Below, piece after piece: positions 45,947 to 51,359 of a DNA stretch of 51,359 bases. Numbering within the stretch: position 1 is the first letter of the stretch; the number at the start of each line of letters is the position of its first letter. The notes under the pieces were generated by a model, which worked only from the letters and a program-made list of their open reading frames with translations, did no database searches and was not told the DNA's origin. The position numbers and the translations under genes were made by a program. The DNA is from a virus (lineage: Duplodnaviria > Caudoviricetes): IMG/VR virus record IMGVR_UViG_3300033405_000987, positions 1 to 51,359 of that record; one strand, 5' to 3'.

Positions 45947-46168
45947 ATGATCCTGAACGGTTGTCTGGTCACCGGGCGTGAGGACGTCCCGCGTGCGGTG
46001 AGCGCCATCATGGGTGTCGGGGCTCTGGTCGGGATGGACCGGGCCGATGCGGCGCTGGCCCGGTATGAGCGCAGGCGTCTCTCCTACCATATGGCACAGG
46101 CCGAGCACATGAGTGCCCGGCCCGGCCAAGCCTCGATGCCGCAGGCGCATCAGGTGGAGGGTCGGTAG
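45947..46168 (+). CDS. hypothetical protein
   Basis: ATG 45947 right after upstream stop. Confidence 0.55.
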   Translation: MILNGCLVTGREDVPRAVSAIMGVGALVGMDRADAALARYERRRLSYHMAQAEHMSARPGQASMPQAHQVEGR

Positions 46169-46169
46169 C

Positions 46170-46997
46170 ATGCTCCTCGATACCCTGTCACCCACCGCGC
46201 TTGTCATGCGCGGCCTCATCGAGGGCGTTCCGAGCGAGGAATACCATGCGGCCCCAGGCACCAGCAAAACTGGCCTGGATCAGCTGGATCGCTCCCCGGC
46301 CCACTTCCTGGAATATATCACCAGCGGGAACAAGGAGACGCCGGCCAGGAGATTCGGGCAGCTGTTCCACCGCTACATCCTGGAGCCGGACCTGTGCCGA
46401 CTGGCGGTGTGGGATGGACCAGCCCGGAACACCAAGGCGGGAAAGGAGGCGTGGAGCGAGTTCCTGGAGAAGCATCAGGGTCACGAGATTGTTACTGCCG
46501 AAGAGGCCGCCACTCTGGAAGGGATGCGCAAGAGCGTCTACGCCCACCCGGCGGCCAGGGACCTCATGGACATCCCTGGCCGGTGCGAGCTTTCGCGCTG
46601 GAACATCGAGCCCAACACCGACGAGCTCTGCAAGGTCAGGCCGGACAAGCTCCTGTCCCTCGGCTTCGCCTGCGACCTCAAGACCTGCGAAGACGCGAGC
46701 CCGGAAGGATTCGCCAAGTCCGCCGCGCGCTACCGCTACCACGTCCAGGCCGCCTTCTATCAGGACATCGGCCAGATGGAACGGGACTTCCCCTTCATCG
46801 CCGTCGAGAAGACCGCACCCTTCGCGGTGGGTGTCTACCGGCTCTCCCGGGAAGACATCAGCGCCGGCCGCTACTTCTACCTCAAGGGCCTCGAGCGCTT
46901 GGCCCAGTGCAAGATTTCCAACTCATGGCCTGCCTACTCGGAAAAAATCGAAACCCTCACGCTACCGGCGTGGGCGAAGAAGGAGCTTCCGGAATGA
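46170..46997 (+). CDS. recE: RecE/exonuclease VIII-like PD-(D/E)XK nuclease (DUF3799-like)
   Basis: YHA...S.T.L...SPAH, G..FH..ILEP, CK.RPD, DLKT, Y.YHVQAAFY. Confidence 0.9.
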   Translation: MLLDTLSPTALVMRGLIEGVPSEEYHAAPGTSKTGLDQLDRSPAHFLEYITSGNKETPARRFGQLFHRYILEPDLCRLAVWDGPARNTKAGKEAWSEFLEKHQGHEIVTAEEAATLEGMRKSVYAHPAARDLMDIPGRCELSRWNIEPNTDELCKVRPDKLLSLGFACDLKTCEDASPEGFAKSAARYRYHVQAAFYQDIGQMERDFPFIAVEKTAPFAVGVYRLSREDISAGRYFYLKGLERLAQCKISNSWPAYSEKIETLTLPAWAKKELPE

Positions 46998-47929
46998 ATA
47001 ACGCACTCGCCGTGCAGAGCAAGACCATCGCCTCGGTGCTGGCCAAGTCGAAAAATGCCCTGGGCCTAGCCCTGCCGAAACACATGGACGCCGACCGGAT
47101 GGCCAGGCTGGCCCTGACCACCATCCGCCGCAACAAGGACCTTCTCCTGTGCTCGCCGGAAAGCTTGGGTGGCGCAGTCCTTGAAGCCGCGAGCTTGGGC
47201 CTGGAGATCGACAGCCGCGGACTCGCCTATCTGGTCCCCTACAAAGGGGAGGCCACCTTGATCCCCGGGTACAAGGGCTTGATGCAGCTGGCCTACCGCT
47301 CCGGGAAGGTCGCCAACATCTACGCCGACGTGGTGTTCCAGAAGGAAGTCGAAGCCGGGAAAGTGCAGATCACCCTCGGGGACGAGCGGTCCATCCGCCA
47401 CGACTTCGACATCCTCAAGTCGGCCGACCTGCGCCTTGAGTCCAGGGACAACCCGCCTGTCCTGGCCTACGCAGTGGCCGTGTTCCACGATGAGCACCGG
47501 CATTTCGAGTTCGTGACCGCCCCCGAGGTTGCCAAGCGCAAGGCGGTAAGCAAGGCGGCTGAGAAGGGATTTCTCTGGAACAAGTGGGTCGAGGAAGCCT
47601 GGAAGAAGACCGCCATCCGCAAGCTCTGCAAGTACATGGACCTGTCCCCGGAGATGCAGCGGGCCGTGGTCCTGGACGAGCAGGCGGACGCTGAATCCCG
47701 GCAGACCTTCGACATGGCAGACTCCATGGACGTGGACTTCACCGTCCAGGCCCAGGAGGAAGATCCCGACGCCTCGATCAAGGCGGCGGCAGAGGCGGCC
47801 AGGGCGAAAGGTTCCGAGGATGCTCCTCCCAGCGAGCCCACCGTCACCTGTCCCGAGACCGGCCACATCATCGCCTCCAGCGAGTGCGAGGGATGCTATA
47901 TGGCCGAAAACTGCACATCGAAAGCGTAG
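46994..47929 (+). CDS. recT: RecT single-strand annealing protein
   Basis: ALPKH...RM.R.ALT, C...S..GA....A.LGLE, AYLVPY, GYKGL.QLA.RSG, KT.IR.L.KY...S.E. Confidence 0.93.
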   Translation: MNNALAVQSKTIASVLAKSKNALGLALPKHMDADRMARLALTTIRRNKDLLLCSPESLGGAVLEAASLGLEIDSRGLAYLVPYKGEATLIPGYKGLMQLAYRSGKVANIYADVVFQKEVEAGKVQITLGDERSIRHDFDILKSADLRLESRDNPPVLAYAVAVFHDEHRHFEFVTAPEVAKRKAVSKAAEKGFLWNKWVEEAWKKTAIRKLCKYMDLSPEMQRAVVLDEQADAESRQTFDMADSMDVDFTVQAQEEDPDASIKAAAEAARAKGSEDAPPSEPTVTCPETGHIIASSECEGCYMAENCTSKA

Positions 47930-47937
47930 GAGCTCCC

Positions 47938-48096
47938 GTGTCCACTCAGAACAAACCCGTTTGCTCCCAGTGTCAGAGGCCCCAGGACATGCTCTATTCC
48001 ACCATGAACCCCAACCCGGCTGCTCCGGTGAGGAGCATCGCAGTGTGCGCGGAATGCTTCCCGTTGGTGGCCAAAGAGCCGCTCCGGACGAAATAA
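47938..48096 (+). CDS. small zinc-finger protein
   Basis: GTG start after AGGAG; CSQC...CAEC. Confidence 0.55.
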   Translation: MSTQNKPVCSQCQRPQDMLYSTMNPNPAAPVRSIAVCAECFPLVAKEPLRTK

Positions 48097-48161
48097 ATCT
48101 CGCTGCCCCTTGAGAAGCCACGCCGGGCCAGGGATAGCCCGGCAACCAAAAAGGAGACCAC

Positions 48162-49265
48162 ATGAACGCCATCCCCGCCGAAGTCCGCGACGACGGACAG
48201 CAGACACAACAGCCCGGCCTCGCCGTCGTGGGCGGCCGGGGCAGGCCCAGCAAGGAAACAATCGAAGCGTTGCGCCATGAGACCGTCACCAAGCTCACCG
48301 CCCTGGGCGTCCTCGACCAGGTGGTCGAACACGCCGGCCAAAAGGGCTGGGGGAAGCCCGACAGGTGGACCACCAAGCACTGCGGGCAGGCCCTGGAATA
48401 CGCTCGGAAGCTGGCCGGCGTGACCCTGTGCAAGTGCGGTCAGCCAGCGCAGCACTACTTGGAAGAGGAGGGTGAGGACACCGTAGCCCTGTGCGCCCGC
48501 TGCTACGAGCTCCACCTGGATTTCTGCGCTCATCTACTGCCAGGCGTTCCCGTGTGTGACTGCTGCGGCGTGGCGGCGGCTACCCGGTTCGGGCTGGGCT
48601 ACCAGCGTTGCCAGGACTGCCTGATGGGCATCGACGCACAGGTGACCGAGGGAGAGCACGGCGAGGGGCCGTGGGTAGACGAGCGCACCCTGTTCGACAT
48701 TCTGCACCCCCTGGCGAACGCATGGTGTGATCCCGTGTGGATACCCCTCGAACTGGCCCGCGCCTGGGACGGCTTCCGGGGAATTACGCAAGAACTGGAG
48801 TTCCTGCGCGCTGCCCTGACCGACGCCAGGAAGGAGAATCGGGAACTCCATTCCGAACTCGCCGGCGCCTTCTCCGACCTCCAGCGCTTCAACGACATCC
48901 GCCGCATGTCCGAGGCCGCCGGCTACGAAGCCACTCTGGACCAGCTCTACATCGTGATGAGCATCGACAACGGCAAGGCCGTCCGGGACATCGCCCACGG
49001 CGTCCAGGGCATCATCTTCGACGCCAAGCGCCGGAACGTCGTCAACTACAAGGGCGAGGTCGGGGCCAAGCTGGCCATCACCTTCGACAAGGATTCCCGG
49101 CCCTCTGAGTGCGACGTGGCCATCGTCACCTGCGAGGTGTCGCAGAAGGTCCCGGCCGCCGTGTGCGGGAGCCGGATCGGCCTGGACACCTCGGGCAAGG
49201 TGGTCGCGCCCCGGGAGTTCTTCCAGAACCTGCCCCTGGGCCAGGCCGGCCAGGCTGGGGCGTAG
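48162..49265 (+). CDS. hypothetical protein with CxxC clusters
   Basis: RBS AAGGAG, 367 aa, phage-typical codon usage. Confidence 0.75.
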   Translation: MNAIPAEVRDDGQQTQQPGLAVVGGRGRPSKETIEALRHETVTKLTALGVLDQVVEHAGQKGWGKPDRWTTKHCGQALEYARKLAGVTLCKCGQPAQHYLEEEGEDTVALCARCYELHLDFCAHLLPGVPVCDCCGVAAATRFGLGYQRCQDCLMGIDAQVTEGEHGEGPWVDERTLFDILHPLANAWCDPVWIPLELARAWDGFRGITQELEFLRAALTDARKENRELHSELAGAFSDLQRFNDIRRMSEAAGYEATLDQLYIVMSIDNGKAVRDIAHGVQGIIFDAKRRNVVNYKGEVGAKLAITFDKDSRPSECDVAIVTCEVSQKVPAAVCGSRIGLDTSGKVVAPREFFQNLPLGQAGQAGA

Positions 49266-49293
49266 GCCTCAACCATCAACCACAGGAGAGAAT

Positions 49294-49617
49294 ATGCCCC
49301 AGTATCGCAAGAAGCCTGTCGTGATCGAAGCAATCCAGTTCGACTTTGCGCCGGCCACCGCCGACCGAATCGTTGAGATGAAGGGAGATATCGAGGGACT
49401 TCTGTTCGATGAGCGCGGCCTGACCATCACCACCCTGGAAGGTGACATGCTGGCCCAGGACGGCGACTACGTGATCAAGGGCGTGAAGGGCGAGCTCTAC
49501 CCATGCAAGCCGGACATTTTCTACGCCACCTACGAATCTGCCGAGGTGCCCGGCGACTGCAGAGCGGGCGATGACTTTGAGCCCATCGCACACATGGCGA
49601 TGAAGAAGGACTACTAG
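49294..49617 (+). CDS. conserved phage protein (YRKKPVVIEA family)
   Basis: YRKKPVVIEA.Q ... I.TLEG.M.A..GDY.IKGV.GE.YPCKPDIF..TYE. Confidence 0.9.
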   Translation: MPQYRKKPVVIEAIQFDFAPATADRIVEMKGDIEGLLFDERGLTITTLEGDMLAQDGDYVIKGVKGELYPCKPDIFYATYESAEVPGDCRAGDDFEPIAHMAMKKDY

Positions 49618-49684
49618 CCCTTCCGTCCCCCTGCCGGCGTCGTTCTGACGTCGGCGCGGATGATCGAAGGACAAGGAGATGAGC

Positions 49685-49732
49685 ATGGCCGACAAGACGC
49701 GAATCGAATGGGCGGATGCCAGGAAGGTCTGA
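49685..49732 (+). pseudogene. orphaned original 5' end of the DUF5131 gene (MADKTRIEWADA-RKV*)
   Basis: AAGGAG RBS; first 12 codons duplicate the N-terminus of 50215-51255. Confidence 0.7.
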
Positions 49733-49733
49733 C

Positions 49734-50225
49734 GTGGCATTGACCAAGGAAGGATCGCTTAAAATAGCCGCCAAGAAATGCGGCCTTGCGCTTGATGAAT
49801 ACATGGCCCGTATAGAATCTGGAGAGAAGAGATGCACCAAGTGCAAACAGTGGAAGTCAACGGGAGAATTCAACGCAGACTCGACTCGGCACGACAACCT
49901 CTGTCCTTCATGCAGAGATTGCCAAAACAAACGCGGGAGAGATTCATATACGCCAAAGCCGAACATTTCAAGGATGGGGAAGCGGGTTAACCCAAGAGAC
50001 GGAGACAAGGTGCAGGCCAGGGCATGGGCTAATCTTCTGGTGAAGAACGGTAAATTGCCTCACCCGAATGAAGTACCATGCACAGATTGCGGGCACATTT
50101 ACGATAGAACGCGGCGGCATGAATATGACCACCATAGGGGATACGCAGTGGAACACCATGGGGACGTAGAGGCTGTTTGCACCAAATGCCATCACCAGAG
50201 GGAGCGTGAACGCAATGGCGGATAA
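49734..50225 (+). CDS. HNH-like homing endonuclease
   Basis: K.C.KC...K...EF.......C..C zinc finger; C..CG....HE..H...Y......V...C..CH; AT-richer. Confidence 0.8.
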   Translation: MALTKEGSLKIAAKKCGLALDEYMARIESGEKRCTKCKQWKSTGEFNADSTRHDNLCPSCRDCQNKRGRDSYTPKPNISRMGKRVNPRDGDKVQARAWANLLVKNGKLPHPNEVPCTDCGHIYDRTRRHEYDHHRGYAVEHHGDVEAVCTKCHHQRERERNGG

Positions 50226-51255
50226 AACAAAAATTCTTTGGGCGGACGCCACCCTGAACCCCGCCTACGGGTGCTCGAAGGTGAGCCCGGCGTGCGACAA
50301 CTGCTACGCTGCCCGGATGGCCGACCGCATGGCCCACAACGTCCAGGTCTGCCAATATTTCGAGGGGCTGACCGACAAGAACCACGAGTGGACCGGCCGT
50401 GTGAACCTGTTCCCGGAACGGATGGAGCAGGCCCTGAAGTGGATGCGTCCCCGGCGCATCTTCGTGGGGTCCATGACGGACCTGTTCCACGAGGACGTGC
50501 CTGTTGACTTCTTGGACCAGGTTTTCGCGGTGATGGCCATGGCCTGCCAGCACACGTTCATGATCCTCACCAAGCGGCCGGATAGGATGCGACAGTACAT
50601 CAAGGGCGTTCAAGGGGTGCCCATTGATTCCCCGCGAGATTTCGTCCTGTTCGATAGCTGGCGAGCTGTCCATGGCGAACATTACGGTCAGCGCCTTTGG
50701 CCCCTCCCCAACGTCTGGCTTGGCGTCACCGTCGAGAACCAGGCCATGGATGATGCCCGTATTCCCATCCTGCTCGACACCCCGGCGGCCAAGCGGTTCG
50801 TCTCCATCGAACCTATGCTGGGTACGGTTGACCTGGGGCATCATCTGACCTCCTGCTTCGGCTGCGGGAATCAGGGAAGCACCGAGATGTGCTTGAATCG
50901 CCCCGGATCTGGACATGATCTGTGCCGAGCTTGCGGGAAAGGTGACAATCCCAATGGCCTCGATTGGGTCATCTGCGGCGGCGAAACCGGCCCGGGCGCC
51001 AGACCCCTACGTCCGGACTGGGCGCGCGGCCTGCGGGATCAGTGCGCGGCCGCAGACGTCCCCTTCATGTTCAAGCAGTGGGGCGACTTCGGCCCGTGTC
51101 CCGGAACAGACTGTGGTTTCTACGACCGGTCCTGTGCCACCCGCGAACGCGTGTTCGAGGTTGGCGAAGGACACATGTGCCGCGTTGGGAAGAGGGTCGC
51201 CGGCAGGATGCTTGATGGTGTGGAGCACAACGGGATTCCGGAGATCAAGGCCTAG
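50215..51255 (+). CDS. Gp37/Gp68 family (DUF5131) radical-SAM-like protein
   Basis: NP..GC.KVSP.C.NCYA, FV.SM.DLFH, LTKRP, NVWLG.TVENQ, S.EP.LG, DWVI.GGE.G..ARP, F.FKQWG. Confidence 0.93.
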   Translation: MADKTKILWADATLNPAYGCSKVSPACDNCYAARMADRMAHNVQVCQYFEGLTDKNHEWTGRVNLFPERMEQALKWMRPRRIFVGSMTDLFHEDVPVDFLDQVFAVMAMACQHTFMILTKRPDRMRQYIKGVQGVPIDSPRDFVLFDSWRAVHGEHYGQRLWPLPNVWLGVTVENQAMDDARIPILLDTPAAKRFVSIEPMLGTVDLGHHLTSCFGCGNQGSTEMCLNRPGSGHDLCRACGKGDNPNGLDWVICGGETGPGARPLRPDWARGLRDQCAAADVPFMFKQWGDFGPCPGTDCGFYDRSCATRERVFEVGEGHMCRVGKRVAGRMLDGVEHNGIPEIKA

Positions 51256-51257
51256 CC

Positions 51258-51359
51258 ATGACCTCCTTCTCCTACCGTGACTTCCTTTCCTCCAAGGTCA
51301 CCGCGCCGTCTCTGCTGGACTTCTGCCAGGCCGACGCGCCGGCGAGGAAGGCGGGATAG
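51258..51359 (+). CDS. 33-aa ORF, possible deletion remnant
   Basis: MTSFSYRDFLSSKVTAPSLLDFCQADAPARKAG*, ends at the last base. Confidence 0.45.
   Translation: MTSFSYRDFLSSKVTAPSLLDFCQADAPARKAG

Noticed and set aside
49721-50250. Group I intron carrying the HNH
   Set aside because: No U/G splice boundaries restoring the frame, no room for a ribozyme core, and the downstream gene has its own RBS and start.

Overview
The window is a largely complete temperate tailed phage (podovirus-type virion) genome of high GC, probably from an anaerobic Desulfobacterota/deltaproteobacterial host (inference only). The minus strand carries a long late region: terS, terL, portal, a block of tail-fibre-like and lysis genes, scaffold, N4-gp56-type major capsid protein, adaptors, tail fibre, nozzle, GNAT, a cobalamin-dependent radical SAM enzyme, and three ejection proteins including a 2694-aa polyvalent protein. 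It also carries the cro-side early operon (CII-like, replication initiator with iterons, loader, nuclease). A lambdoid immunity region (cro, cI, four related operators) at 42.2-44.7 kb contains an unusual PAS-PAS-HTH regulator with a divergent small ORF. The plus-strand early operon encodes RecE/RecT, an HNH insertion and DUF5131. I see no integrase, partition genes, tRNA, CRISPR array or reverse transcriptase. The best candidates for an undescribed system are (i) the GNAT plus B12-radical-SAM cassette translationally coupled into the ejection-protein genes and (ii) the PAS-sensor/small-ORF module beside the repressor. All family assignments come from motif recognition by eye, not from database searches.
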